From Candidatus Rokuibacteriota bacterium (GTDB lineage Bacteria > Methylomirabilota > Methylomirabilia > Rokubacteriales > CSP1-6): 64,000 nucleotides of DNA. Below, piece by piece: positions 28,510 to 38,071 of the stretch. Positions within the stretch are counted from its first letter, which is position 1, and every line of letters begins with the position of its first letter. The stretch is from assembly GCA_016866775.1 (NCBI GenBank), contig VGLJ01000022.1:480-64479 (forward strand). Reading direction: 5' to 3'. Below the pieces are notes generated by a model that saw only the letters and a program-made list of their open reading frames with translations, was not told where the DNA came from and did no database searches. The position numbers and the translations under genes are program-made.

Positions 28510-29966
28510 CCGCGGGCCTCCGAGGCGCGCGCGGCGATCAGCGCCGCGAGCCGTGCGGCCTGCGCGTTCGACGGCATGACGATGACGCCCGCCCGCGCGA
28601 GGGTCGTTGTCTGGCGTGCGAGCCCTTGGGGATCGCCGTCGGTGCCGCACACGCTCGCCACGACGGCGACGCCTTCACGGCGCGCCCGCTCGATGGCGGC
28701 AAGCAGCTCACCGGCGGGATCGGGATGTGCGCCGTAGCCGAGCACGACGTCGAGCAGGATCACGGCGGTCGTCGGATCGGCGGCGTCCTTGACGATCCAC
28801 TCCCGGCGGATCGTGCCGTCGATCATCGGATGCGGGCGCCCGACGGTGTACGCGTCGTCGCCGAGGTCCACCACGCGGTGACCGCCGGGCAAGAGCGCGG
28901 CCGCCTCTTGCGCGAGCGTCCCGCCGGCGTACACGCCGCGCACGAAGCGACGGCCACTGCTCAACGACGCCGCTGCATCCGTGACCAGGCGCGCGACGTC
29001 GTCGTTCGGGATGGTGAAGCCGACCGGCCGATGCCGCTCGCCACGCGCGAGCGCGACGGCGGCGTGCGCGGTGTCTTCCAGCGTGGAGACGCCGCCGGTG
29101 AAGTGCGCGATCCAGGGCTTGCCGAGCGCGGCGAGCCAGCCGTCGATCTTCTTCGCGGTCATCGGACCCGGCGGCTTGCCGATGACGCAGATCACCGACG
29201 TCGCGGGATCGGCGGCGAGCGCCGCGAGCGCCGGCTCGAGCATCAGACCGCCGACGTCGTCGGAGAGGTCGCGACCGCCGAGCCCGATCGCGTGCGAGAC
29301 GCCTTCACCCGCCGCGGCGAGGTGACACGTCACCGCCTGGAGCCCCGTGCCCGACGCCGCGGCGATCCCGATGCGGCCGCGCGGCACCGCGTTCGCGAAG
29401 CCGAGCGGCACGCCGCCGAGGATCGCGGTCCCGCAGTCGGGCCCGAGCGCGAAGAGCCCGCGCTCGCGCGCGAGCTGCTTGAGCCGGACTTCGTCGGCGA
29501 CCGGCACGTTGTCGCTGAAGACCATCACGTGCAGCCCGGCGGCGAGCGCCTTCGTCGCCTCCGCCGCGGCGTAGACGCCGGGTACGGAGATCAGCGCGAG
29601 GTTCGCGTCGGACAGCGCCGCCATCGCCAGGCGCAGCGAGCGGCGGCGCACGACGCCGCTGATGGACGGCCCGCCGCCGCCACCTCCGCGTGACGCGCGC
29701 GCGAGGGCGTCCTCTCCCGCCGCCCATGCGGCGCGCGCGGCGTCCTCGCGCTCGGCGACCACCGCGACGACGAGATCCGTCGGGCGCGCCGCCTCACCCT
29801 CCGCGGTGAGCAACCCGGCGTCACGCAGCAGCGCCAGGTTGTGCGGCGTGCCCATCATCGCGGCCGCGCGTGTGACGCCCGTCACCGCCTCCATGTCCCG
29901 GCTGAGGCGCATCAGCGTCACCGAGTCGTGATACGCGCCGCGCCGGACGAGGTTCCAGACGGGCAT
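28506..29966 (-). CDS. fdrA: FdrA/AllF-family protein (acyl-CoA synthetase NDP-forming / succinyl-CoA synthetase alpha-like)
   Basis: 486 aa. SCS-alpha-like GPDCGTAILGGVPLGF, a Gly-rich CoA-binding region, and a C-terminal GRPHPMIDG...PSNAQAARLAAL. Confidence 0.7.
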   Translation of the reverse strand: MPVWNLVRRGAYHDSVTLMRLSRDMEAVTGVTRAAAMMGTPHNLALLRDAGLLTAEGEAARPTDLVVAVVAEREDAARAAWAAGEDALARASRGGGGGGPSISGVVRRRSLRLAMAALSDANLALISVPGVYAAAEATKALAAGLHVMVFSDNVPVADEVRLKQLARERGLFALGPDCGTAILGGVPLGFANAVPRGRIGIAAASGTGLQAVTCHLAAAGEGVSHAIGLGGRDLSDDVGGLMLEPALAALAADPATSVICVIGKPPGPMTAKKIDGWLAALGKPWIAHFTGGVSTLEDTAHAAVALARGERHRPVGFTIPNDDVARLVTDAAASLSSGRRFVRGVYAGGTLAQEAAALLPGGHRVVDLGDDAYTVGRPHPMIDGTIRREWIVKDAADPTTAVILLDVVLGYGAHPDPAGELLAAIERARREGVAVVASVCGTDGDPQGLARQTTTLARAGVIVMPSNAQAARLAALIAARASEARG

Positions 29967-29970
29967 CGCG

Positions 29971-30747
29971 TCAGGTCGTGCGGCTGTACGGAAGATACGT
30001 GCGGCCGGTCCCGCTGCCGCCGTCCACCGCCATGACGTCGCCGGTGATGAAATCGGCCTCGGGCGAGGCGAGGAAGAGCGCCGCGCGCGCGATGTCCGCC
30101 GGCGTGCCGGCGCGGCCCCAGGGAATGGTGCCGACGAGCGTCTTCACGTACTCGTCGGACACCTGGGTCACGTCGCGATCGACGGTGACGAGCCCCGGCG
30201 CGATGCAGTTCACGTTGACGTGGTGCGGTCCGAGCTCCATCGCGAGCACCTTGGTGAACATCACCACGCCGGCCTTCGACGCGCAGTAATGCGCCGCGCC
30301 CTTGCGTCCGCTGCTCGCTGCGCCCGAGGCGATCGTGATGATCTTGCCGCCGCCGCGCGCCACCATCCCGCGCGCCGCCGCCTGGCAGGTGAGGAAGACG
30401 CCGCGCAGGTTCGTCTCCATCACGCGGTCCCACTCGTCGACGCTCATCTCCACGACGGGGCAGTTCGGATAGATCCCGGCGTTGGCGACCGCGATCGCCG
30501 GCGGACCGATGGCGCTCTCGGCCGCGCGAAAGAGCGTGCCCACGGACGCCGCGTCGCGCACGTCGACGGTCTGCGTGAAGATGCGCGACGACCGGCCGAG
30601 CCGCTCCGCGGCGGCGGCGAGGCCGCGCTCGTCGACGTCGCCGAGCGCGACACGCGCGCCCGCCTGGTGAAACGCCTCGGCGATGCCGAACCCGATGCCG
30701 GCGGCGGCGCCGGTGACGAGCACGGACTGGCCGGTGAAGTCGTGCAC
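29971..30747 (-). CDS. SDR-family short-chain dehydrogenase/reductase
   Basis: TGAAAGIG Rossmann motif, NAG, and the catalytic YxxxK (YCASK). Confidence 0.85.
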   Translation of the reverse strand: MHDFTGQSVLVTGAAAGIGFGIAEAFHQAGARVALGDVDERGLAAAAERLGRSSRIFTQTVDVRDAASVGTLFRAAESAIGPPAIAVANAGIYPNCPVVEMSVDEWDRVMETNLRGVFLTCQAAARGMVARGGGKIITIASGAASSGRKGAAHYCASKAGVVMFTKVLAMELGPHHVNVNCIAPGLVTVDRDVTQVSDEYVKTLVGTIPWGRAGTPADIARAALFLASPEADFITGDVMAVDGGSGTGRTYLPYSRTT

Positions 30748-30754
30748 GATCGGA

Positions 30755-31996
30755 TCAGCCCTTGCGGCCTTCGCCGGGCTTCGTCGCGTTCACGAGCACC
30801 GCCATGTTCCCGTACGGGTGCTTGTTGTCGAGCATGAGCTGATGGCACTCCGGAATGGCGTCGAACCCGTAGGTCTTCGAGAGACACGGATCCACGTGCC
30901 CGTCGGCGACGAGCTTCGTCACCGCGGCGGCCTGCTCGTCGTTCGACAGGTGGCTGCCCTGGAAGCGCTTCTGCCGCATCCAGTGATAGCGGAGGTCGAG
31001 CGTCACGTTGTACCCCGTCGTGCCGGCGCAGATGACGATCATGCCGCCCGTCGCGCACACGAACTCGGACGTGGGCAGCGTGGACTCGCCGGGATGCTCG
31101 AAGACGATCTTCGGGCTCTCGCGCGTGCCGAGCGCGTCCCAGATCGCCTTGCCGAACGCGCGCGCGCCCTTCGCCCACTCGCCGTACGCCTTGGCGTCGG
31201 TGGTGTCCGGCATCTTGCCCCAGTGCGTGAACTGGCTCCGGTTGATCACGCCGACGGCCCCGTGATCCATGCAGAACTTCTTCTTCTCGTCGTCGGACAC
31301 GACCGCGATGGGCCGGCCGCCGAGCGCGCGCGTGATCTCGAGCGCCAGCGAGCCGAGGCCGCCGGCGGCGCCCCACACGAGCACGATGTCGTTCTTCTCG
31401 ACGGTGTGCGGCGACCACCCCATCAGCATCCGGTACGCGGTCGACGCGCAGAGGAGGAAGCAGCCCGCCTCCTCCCACGTGAGGCGCGCCGGCTTCGGCA
31501 CGCACTGGTGCGCCTGCGCGCGCGCGAACTGGCCGTAGCTGCCGTAGTTGGTCTGGTAGCCCCAGATGCGCGTGGACTCCGCGAGCATCGGGTCCTTGCC
31601 CGACTTCACCCACGGGTCGTCGGGCCGCCACCAGCCCGAGTGCACGATGACCTCGTCGCCGACGCGGACGTTCTTCACGTCCATGCCGACGGCCCACACG
31701 ATTCCCGAGCAGTCGCTGCCGCCCGCGTGGAAGTCTTCCGGCTCGCCGAGCTTCTGCCGCTCCGCGATGACGTCGAGCGGGTAGCCGAGCGCCGCCCAGA
31801 CGTTGTTGTAGTTGATGCCGGAGGCCATCACGTAGATCAGCACCTCGTCCGGACCGAACGACGGCGTGGCGATCACCTCGCGCTTCCACGCGTCGCGCGG
31901 AGGACCGAACCGGTTCTGGCGGACCATGTACGCGTGCATCTGCTTCGGGACCTCGCCCAGCGGCGGGCGCTGACCGGGATCGTAGAGGTCTGGCAT
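30755..31996 (-). CDS. ccr: crotonyl-CoA carboxylase/reductase (Ccr)-family enoyl-CoA reductase/carboxylase
   Basis: 413 aa. N-terminal [16 protein letters not shown] and [17 protein letters not shown] closely match the Ccr signature; MDR fold. Confidence 0.75.
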   Translation of the reverse strand: MPDLYDPGQRPPLGEVPKQMHAYMVRQNRFGPPRDAWKREVIATPSFGPDEVLIYVMASGINYNNVWAALGYPLDVIAERQKLGEPEDFHAGGSDCSGIVWAVGMDVKNVRVGDEVIVHSGWWRPDDPWVKSGKDPMLAESTRIWGYQTNYGSYGQFARAQAHQCVPKPARLTWEEAGCFLLCASTAYRMLMGWSPHTVEKNDIVLVWGAAGGLGSLALEITRALGGRPIAVVSDDEKKKFCMDHGAVGVINRSQFTHWGKMPDTTDAKAYGEWAKGARAFGKAIWDALGTRESPKIVFEHPGESTLPTSEFVCATGGMIVICAGTTGYNVTLDLRYHWMRQKRFQGSHLSNDEQAAAVTKLVADGHVDPCLSKTYGFDAIPECHQLMLDNKHPYGNMAVLVNATKPGEGRKG

Positions 31997-32013
31997 CGAA
32001 CTCTCCTGGATGC

Positions 32014-32847
32014 TCAGCGTTGTTTCGTCACGTTCGTCCTGCGCGGCGGGCGCTCGCCACGGCGCGCGAGCTCGCCCGCGGCGCCGATCGCTTCTCGCTC
32101 AGCCTTGACGCTCGGCCATCCGAGCGACCACCAGCCGATGCCGACGACGTCGACCCAGTCGCGGCAGGGGATGCCCGCGCGCTCGAGGTAGAACGCCGCG
32201 AGTTCGTCGGCCTCGCGCTCCATCGCCACGAGGTCCAGGTGCGGCCGCCGCAGGTGTCCGAGCGCGACGTGGGCGATTTCGTGGGCGATGAGACGCGCCA
32301 GCAGCACCCGGCGCGCCGGCCATTCGCGCATCTCGTGCAGCACCCGCGCGTTCACGACGATGGTGAACGCGTCCGCGTCGCCGCACGCGAGCCTGGCCGC
32401 GTCGCGCAGATCGTCCACGATCACGAGGCTGCGGTCGCGCGGCAGATCGCCGTGCGCGACGGCCGCGATGCGCTCGTAGGTGTCGATGACGTCGGCGTCG
32501 TAGGGGGTGCGGACCGCGCGCGCACCCGGGCGGCAGAGCGTCCCGGTCCAGTTGTCCAGTGGCGTGAACGTCGTCGCTGGCCGCGCGGCCGCGGCCTGAC
32601 GGATCTGCTCGCGGTGCGCGACGAGGATGCACGCCTCCCATGCCTTGAACTCGTCCGGCGCCGTGCCCGTCGCGTCGAGCTCACCCTCGGGCGTGATCCG
32701 AAGCAGCCGGACGCTCGGGAACCGGTCGCATTGCTTCCATCGCGCCCACGCGAGATCTTCCGCCCGGGTCCGTGCGTGACCGGCGCAGCCGGCGGCGAGC
32801 GTCGCGGCGACGAGGACCAGGCCGATCGCGCGGGCGGCGTTACCCAT
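32014..32847 (-). CDS. lipoprotein with an HExxH zinc-metallopeptidase motif
   Basis: Lipobox LAAGC after a signal peptide. [12 protein letters not shown] motif. Confidence 0.55.
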   Translation of the reverse strand: MGNAARAIGLVLVAATLAAGCAGHARTRAEDLAWARWKQCDRFPSVRLLRITPEGELDATGTAPDEFKAWEACILVAHREQIRQAAAARPATTFTPLDNWTGTLCRPGARAVRTPYDADVIDTYERIAAVAHGDLPRDRSLVIVDDLRDAARLACGDADAFTIVVNARVLHEMREWPARRVLLARLIAHEIAHVALGHLRRPHLDLVAMEREADELAAFYLERAGIPCRDWVDVVGIGWWSLGWPSVKAEREAIGAAGELARRGERPPRRTNVTKQR

Positions 32848-33856
32848 TGAACTCCCTCACGAGACGGGACAGGCGAGGATCGCCGAGGCCGGGCTGGTAC
32901 GGCTGGTAGAGCGCGGTCCGGTCGAGCAGCCCTGCGTAGCGCTCCGCGATCTTCCGGCCGATCGTGTCGTACGTTCCGGTGACCGCGTACGTGTCGACCA
33001 TCTCGTCGGTGATCAGATCGGCCATGCCCTTCCAGTCACCCTCGACCGACTTCCGGTGCAGGTGCGGGATCAGGTCCTGCCAGCCGTGCGCGGCGAGGAC
33101 GGGCTCGTAGGTACGCGTCGAGCCGTAGAACGCGATCTGCTGCTTCACCGACTGCGTGTTCTTCTGGAGCTCCTGCTCCGTGTCGCCCACGACGACGAAG
33201 GTCGCCGTCGTGTACGTGAAGTCCTCGCGCGTGCGGCCGGACTTCGCCATGCCCTCCGCGACCCACGGGTGCACGGACTCGCGCAGGTACTTCGGGCTGT
33301 TGAAGGGATGCACGTGGAGGCCGTCGCACACTTCGCCGGCGACGCGGCACATGTACGCGTTGACGCCGGAGATCATCACCGGGATCTTCGGGTGCTCGAT
33401 CGGGCCCGGGTTGAAGAAGGGTGTCATCAGGTCGAAGCGGTAGAACTGCCCCTTGAAGTTCAGCTTCGTCCCGTTCTGCCAGCAGTCCCAGATCGCGCGC
33501 AGCGCGAGCACGATCTCGCGCAGCTTCGGGCCGGGCGACTCGTACTTCACGGAGAAGCGGCGCTCGTTGTGGCCCTTCACCTGCGAGCCGAGCCCGAGGA
33601 GCAGCCGGCCGTTCGACGCCTTCTGGATGTCCCAGGCGATGTGCGCGGTGATCATCGGGCTGCGCGGGAACGCGACCGCGATCGCCGTGCCGAGCTTGAT
33701 CCGGTCCGTACATGTCGCGGCGACGGCGAGCGGCAGGAACGGGTCGTGCTGCGTCTCCGACGACCACAGGCAGTCGAAGCCGAGCGCTTCGACCTTCCGC
33801 GCGTAGTCGGGGATCGACGTGAGATCGTGCGTCAGCATGCCGACGTCGAGCTTCAT
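32840..33856 (-). CDS. LLM-class (luciferase-like) flavin/F420-dependent oxidoreductase
   Basis: 339 aa from MKLDVGMLTHD. TIM-barrel LLM pattern (GFDCLWSSETQHDPFLPLA, LGLGSQVKGHNE). ATGA overlap with the upstream stop. Confidence 0.7.
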   Translation of the reverse strand: MKLDVGMLTHDLTSIPDYARKVEALGFDCLWSSETQHDPFLPLAVAATCTDRIKLGTAIAVAFPRSPMITAHIAWDIQKASNGRLLLGLGSQVKGHNERRFSVKYESPGPKLREIVLALRAIWDCWQNGTKLNFKGQFYRFDLMTPFFNPGPIEHPKIPVMISGVNAYMCRVAGEVCDGLHVHPFNSPKYLRESVHPWVAEGMAKSGRTREDFTYTTATFVVVGDTEQELQKNTQSVKQQIAFYGSTRTYEPVLAAHGWQDLIPHLHRKSVEGDWKGMADLITDEMVDTYAVTGTYDTIGRKIAERYAGLLDRTALYQPYQPGLGDPRLSRLVREFNG

Positions 33857-34977
33857 GGGTCTCCTCTGCCGAGCCGCCCCAGGGCGGCGAGGACCTCGCG
33901 CGCCTCGCGCACGATCGCCTCGACGACCTCGCCCGCGCCCGGGACGTTGTGGACCAGGCCCACGGCCTGGCCGGCGTACATCGGAAAGTACTCGCCGTCC
34001 TGGCGCTTCGCCGCCGCGGCGAAGACGTCCTGCGCGGCCACCGCCTGGAGCAGGCTCGGCAGCGTCGGCGCCCCGGCGGCACGATACTCCACCGCGAAGG
34101 TGTTGCGGAGCGCCCGCGCCCACTGGCCGGTGAACGCGTCGGTGACCATCGTGGCGTCGGCGTCGCGCTCGAGCAGACTCTTCTTGTAGAACTCCGACGC
34201 CGTCGACTCGCGCGTGGCGACGAAGCGGGTGCCGAGCAACACGCCCTGCGCGCCGAGCGCGAGCGCGGCCACGAGGCCACGGCCGTCGGCGAGCCCGCCC
34301 GCGGCGACGACCGGGACGCGCACGACGTCGACGATCTGCGGCACGAGCGCCATCGTGCCGACCATCGCGACCTCGGGGTGGATCGGCTTCGCGGCGATGG
34401 AGCGGTGCCCGCCCGCCTCGCCGCCCTGCGCGACGATCGCGTCGACCCCGGCCGCGGCGGCGTCGCGCGCGTCCTGGACGGTGGCGACCATCGCGACGAC
34501 CTTCACACCGCGCGCGTGACAGCGCGTGACCATGTCGGCGCTCGGCAGCCCGATCGCCGCGCTGAAGACCGGCACGCGCTCCTCGAGGATCACCTCGAGG
34601 GCCGCGTCGACGAGATCGGGCGCCGGCGGTGGCGCCGCGGTGACCGCGGGGACGTCGAGGCGTGCCCGGAACGTGTTCAGCGTCGCGTGGACCTGCGCGA
34701 TCGTCGCGGGCGGGATCGTCGTGACGTCGACCGGCGGACGCAGTTCGCTGTGGAGCCAGAGGTTCACGCCGAACGGCCGGTCGGTGTGCGCGCGGATGAA
34801 GCGGATGCGCTCGCGAATCGCGTCGGGCGGCTGGTTGAGGCCGCCCACGATGCCGAGGCCGCCGGCGCGCGAGACCTCCGCCGCGAGGTCGGGCCCCGCG
34901 ACGCTGCCCATCCCCGACTGGAGGACCGGGTACTCGATGCCGAGGAGATCACACAGGGCGGTGCGCAAGCGCATCAC
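33853..34977 (-). CDS. nitronate monooxygenase / 2-nitropropane dioxygenase-family FMN oxidoreductase
   Basis: YPVLQSGMGSVAG and AQGGEAGGH motifs; 374 aa. Confidence 0.7.
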   Translation of the reverse strand: MMRLRTALCDLLGIEYPVLQSGMGSVAGPDLAAEVSRAGGLGIVGGLNQPPDAIRERIRFIRAHTDRPFGVNLWLHSELRPPVDVTTIPPATIAQVHATLNTFRARLDVPAVTAAPPPAPDLVDAALEVILEERVPVFSAAIGLPSADMVTRCHARGVKVVAMVATVQDARDAAAAGVDAIVAQGGEAGGHRSIAAKPIHPEVAMVGTMALVPQIVDVVRVPVVAAGGLADGRGLVAALALGAQGVLLGTRFVATRESTASEFYKKSLLERDADATMVTDAFTGQWARALRNTFAVEYRAAGAPTLPSLLQAVAAQDVFAAAAKRQDGEYFPMYAGQAVGLVHNVPGAGEVVEAIVREAREVLAALGRLGRGDP

Positions 34978-36629
34978 GGGAACTCCTTCGAACGTGAAGG
35001 CCCCACGTCATACAGGCGCGCCTCCGGCGCGACGGACCCCCACACCCCCTCCATTGCCATCTCGCGCAGCTTCACGCGCTGGACCTTCTCGCCGTGCGGG
35101 CTCGGCGTGCGCGGCACGTCGCGCACGAACCTCACACCGCGCGGAATCTTGTACGAGGCGATCTTGCCGCGGCAGAACGCCAGCAGCGCCGGTTCGTCGA
35201 GCCGCGCGCCGTCCTTCAGGATCACGTAGGCGACCGGGACCTCGTTCGCCTTGGGATCGGGGATGCCGACCACGAAGGCCTGACTCACCGCGGGATGCGC
35301 CATCAGGAACGCCTCGATCTCACCGGGCGCGACCATGTGGTGGCTGATGCGCAGCGTCTCCTTGAGCCGTCCCTTGAAGAAGACGTACCCGCGCGCGTCG
35401 CGCACGCCGAGATCGCCGGTCTTGAACCATCCGTCGTCGGTGAACGCGGCGGCCGTTTCCTTCGGCTTCTCGTAGTAGCCGCGCGTCACCAGCTCCCCGC
35501 GGAACTGCAGCTCGCCTTCCTCGTCGGCCTTGCACACCACGCTCGTGTCCGGGTGCGCGATCCGCGCCTCGATCCCCGGTGGTGTCTTGATCCCCGACTG
35601 GACCCGCAGCTCCCACGGCTCGTCGAGCTCGTGCAGCAGCGACAGCGCGTTCACCTCGGTCATGCCGTACGGCTGGTACATCTCCGGCACGACGATCCGG
35701 TCGCGGATCGCCTCGAAGAAGCCGTGGCCGCCGCCGCCCGTCGCCGCGAACGCGCCGGTGCGCAGCGACGAGCGATCGAACCGGTCGAGGGCGGGATGCT
35801 CGAGCAGCGGGAACACCATCGAGTCGACGGCGTTCATGACCGTGCAGCGCTCGCGCTCGACGAGCTGCAGCGCGCGCAGCGGATCCCAGACGTCCAGGAG
35901 CACGAGGCACGCGCCGTGCGACCACGTCGTCAACGGAATGTTCACGCCGCCCCACGTCCCGGCGGCGGGCAGGGCGTGGAGCACGCGGTCGCGCTCGGTC
36001 ATCCGCAGCCACGCGCCGCAGTTCCAGCCGTGCGGCACGCAGTTCCGGTGCGTGATCATCGCGCCCTTCGGAAACGAGGTCGTGCCCGAGGTGTACAAGA
36101 TCGTGAACACCTCGTCGTTCTCGGCGACGTCTTCCAATCTCGTGCACCCAGCGTAGGGATCTTCGGCGTCCACGATCACGTGACGCAGCTTCGGGAACTT
36201 CGGTGCGTCCAGCTCGCCCGGCGTTCCATGCTTCAGCTCGGGGATCACCTCTTCCAAGATCTCGACGTAATCAACCGGGCCGAGGTGATCGGTCAGGACC
36301 AGCGCCTTGGCGTCCGATTGCCCGAGGATGTACGTCAGCTCGTGGGAACGGTAGCGCGGGTTCAGCGCGACCAGCACGGCGCCGATTCTTGCGCAGGCCT
36401 GTTGCACCACGAACCACATGGGGCGGGTCGGCATCCACAAGGCGATCGTGTCGCCGGGGCCGAAGCCGAGTGCCGACAGGCCGCGAGCGAGGCGATCGGC
36501 ACGATTCCGGAAGTCCCGGAACGTCACGCGGTCGTCGTTGAAGACCATCGCTTCACGATCGGGGAAGCGGGCGGCGATCGCGTCGAGCATCGTGGCGGCC
36601 GTCGCCTCGGCGAGCGGGTTCACGCGCAC
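34974..36629 (-). CDS. AMP-dependent acyl-CoA synthetase/ligase
   Basis: AMP-binding motif TSGTTSFPKGAMITHRN, YGMTE, and the A8/A10 region GDLGVRDARGYVFFKGR...IASYKIP. GTG start 5 nt after the upstream TAG. Confidence 0.8.
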   Translation of the reverse strand: MRVNPLAEATAATMLDAIAARFPDREAMVFNDDRVTFRDFRNRADRLARGLSALGFGPGDTIALWMPTRPMWFVVQQACARIGAVLVALNPRYRSHELTYILGQSDAKALVLTDHLGPVDYVEILEEVIPELKHGTPGELDAPKFPKLRHVIVDAEDPYAGCTRLEDVAENDEVFTILYTSGTTSFPKGAMITHRNCVPHGWNCGAWLRMTERDRVLHALPAAGTWGGVNIPLTTWSHGACLVLLDVWDPLRALQLVERERCTVMNAVDSMVFPLLEHPALDRFDRSSLRTGAFAATGGGGHGFFEAIRDRIVVPEMYQPYGMTEVNALSLLHELDEPWELRVQSGIKTPPGIEARIAHPDTSVVCKADEEGELQFRGELVTRGYYEKPKETAAAFTDDGWFKTGDLGVRDARGYVFFKGRLKETLRISHHMVAPGEIEAFLMAHPAVSQAFVVGIPDPKANEVPVAYVILKDGARLDEPALLAFCRGKIASYKIPRGVRFVRDVPRTPSPHGEKVQRVKLREMAMEGVWGSVAPEARLYDVGPSRSKEFP

Positions 36630-36634
36630 GTCGG

Positions 36635-37474
36635 CTACTCCAGCTTGAAGAGCGCGGCCGCGTTCTTCGACGCCACGCGCTCGGCCACCTCGGGCTTGAT
36701 CTCGCCGAGGATCCGTCGTGTCCACGCCATCAGCTTGTCCAGCGTGGGCGGCTCGAACAGCCGGGGCGCCCAGACGTCGATGCCCATCAAGAACCGGTCG
36801 CCGTGCTTCTCGATGACCGCCTTCCACGCGGGATCGAGCGGCCCCGTCTCCGTGGCGAGCGCGGGCTTGCGCTGGAAGTGCATCCCCGAGAGATCGAAGA
36901 AGAGGTTCGTGTTGCGCGCCAGCAGCCCCTCGACGCGCGCCGGCGGCCCTTCGCCGCCGTGCGCGATGACGACCGTGGTCTTGCGATGCGCGGCGAGCGC
37001 GGCCTCGAGCTGCTTCGCGGCGGCGTCGGTGAGCTCCAGGTGGATGATCACCGGCACGCCGCGGCTCGCCGCGAGCTCGAACAGCTTGCCGAACCTCGCC
37101 GGGTCGCGGTCGATCTTGCGGCTGACCTGGCGGCCGTGGACTTCGCCGAGCGCGCGCGCCTTCAGCGCGTCGAGCGCCTCGGCCGCCTTCGCGACGCCGG
37201 CGTCCGACGGATCGGCGACGGGCGCGCCGGGCACGACGACCCCCGGATGCTTCTTCGCCGCGGCCGCGATCCAGGCGACGTCGTCCTTCTGCACGCCGCC
37301 GACGCCGAGGAGCAGCACGCGCGTGACGTTGTGCTTCTTCATCGCCGCCACGTACGCGTCGACGGCCGTGGCGTTCGGCACGTGACCGTGCGCGTCGATG
37401 ATCGGGCCCCGGTACTCGGCCGCCGACGCGACCGACGCGGCGAGCAGGAGCAGGACGGCGGCGAAGGGAATCAC
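36635..37474 (-). CDS. secreted amidohydrolase_2 / TIM-barrel metal-dependent hydrolase
   Basis: GTG start, then signal-like MIPFAAVLLLLAASVASA|AEY, then IDAHGHV and HLEL. The stop is TAG. Confidence 0.55.
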   Translation of the reverse strand: MIPFAAVLLLLAASVASAAEYRGPIIDAHGHVPNATAVDAYVAAMKKHNVTRVLLLGVGGVQKDDVAWIAAAAKKHPGVVVPGAPVADPSDAGVAKAAEALDALKARALGEVHGRQVSRKIDRDPARFGKLFELAASRGVPVIIHLELTDAAAKQLEAALAAHRKTTVVIAHGGEGPPARVEGLLARNTNLFFDLSGMHFQRKPALATETGPLDPAWKAVIEKHGDRFLMGIDVWAPRLFEPPTLDKLMAWTRRILGEIKPEVAERVASKNAAALFKLE

Positions 37475-37623
37475 GAGGACTTCTTGAAGTGCGCGGAGAG
37501 CTTCTCCATGAGGATGGCGAGGGCTTCCTTCTCGGTGCGGCCGGTCGCGGTGACGTCGTGCTCCACCGCGGTGGCGACCCACTCCCCGACTTCGTTCTTG
37601 TAGACCTCGACCTCGAACTTCAC
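37471..37623 (-). CDS. HicB/UPF0150-like antitoxin-fold mini-protein (50 aa); not in the ORF track
   Basis: GTG-start VKFEVEVYKNEVGEWVATAVEHDVTATGRTEKEALAILMEKLSAHFKKSS. The TGA overlaps the amidohydrolase GTG (GTGA). No HicA partner is seen. Confidence 0.4.
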   Translation of the reverse strand: MKFEVEVYKNEVGEWVATAVEHDVTATGRTEKEALAILMEKLSAHFKKSS

Positions 37624-37638
37624 GCGACGAGAGTAACA

Positions 37639-37684
37639 CCGAGGGGGGCCGCGAGCATCGAGGGGGCCCTCGACGGCCCTACGG
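37639..37684. repeat. GC-rich repeat, family 3, copy 2 (degenerate)
   Basis: CGAGGGGGGCC-GCGAGCATC-GAGGGGGCCCTCGACGGCCC, related to 56261-56308. It includes the palindrome TCGAGGGCCCCCTCGA right after the Rieske stop. Confidence 0.6.
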
Positions 37685-37987
37685 CAGCTCGATCAAGACC
37701 TCCCCGCCTTCGACCACGACCGGATAGACCGGAACGCGAGCGTCGCGTGCGGGAGCGCGGCAGGCGCCCGTCGTCAGGTCCCAGACCCAGCCGTGATACG
37801 GGCACGTGACCGCGCCGTCCGCGACCGTCCCTTCGCTGAGCGGGCCGCCGGCGTGCGGACAGTTCTCCGCGAGCGCGTGGACCGTGTCGCCGCGCCGGAC
37901 CAGCGCGATGCGCCGGCCGTCCACTACCAGCAGGACGGGGCGATCGACGGGAAGCGCGTCGAGGCGCCCGGCGGCGAGACGAGGCAT
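37679..37987 (-). CDS. Rieske [2Fe-2S] domain ferredoxin (NirD-like small subunit)
   Basis: CPHAGGPL...CPYHGW (CxH-x17-CxxH); 102 aa; TAG stop. Confidence 0.85.
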   Translation of the reverse strand: MPRLAAGRLDALPVDRPVLLVVDGRRIALVRRGDTVHALAENCPHAGGPLSEGTVADGAVTCPYHGWVWDLTTGACRAPARDARVPVYPVVVEGGEVLIELP

Positions 37988-38071
37988 GCCGCTACTCTAC
38001 GGGTCTCTCGTGCTAGGCTCACCGCCGAAGTGCGGGACCGGAAATCTCCTGCCGTTCCGCTGACGATCGCG

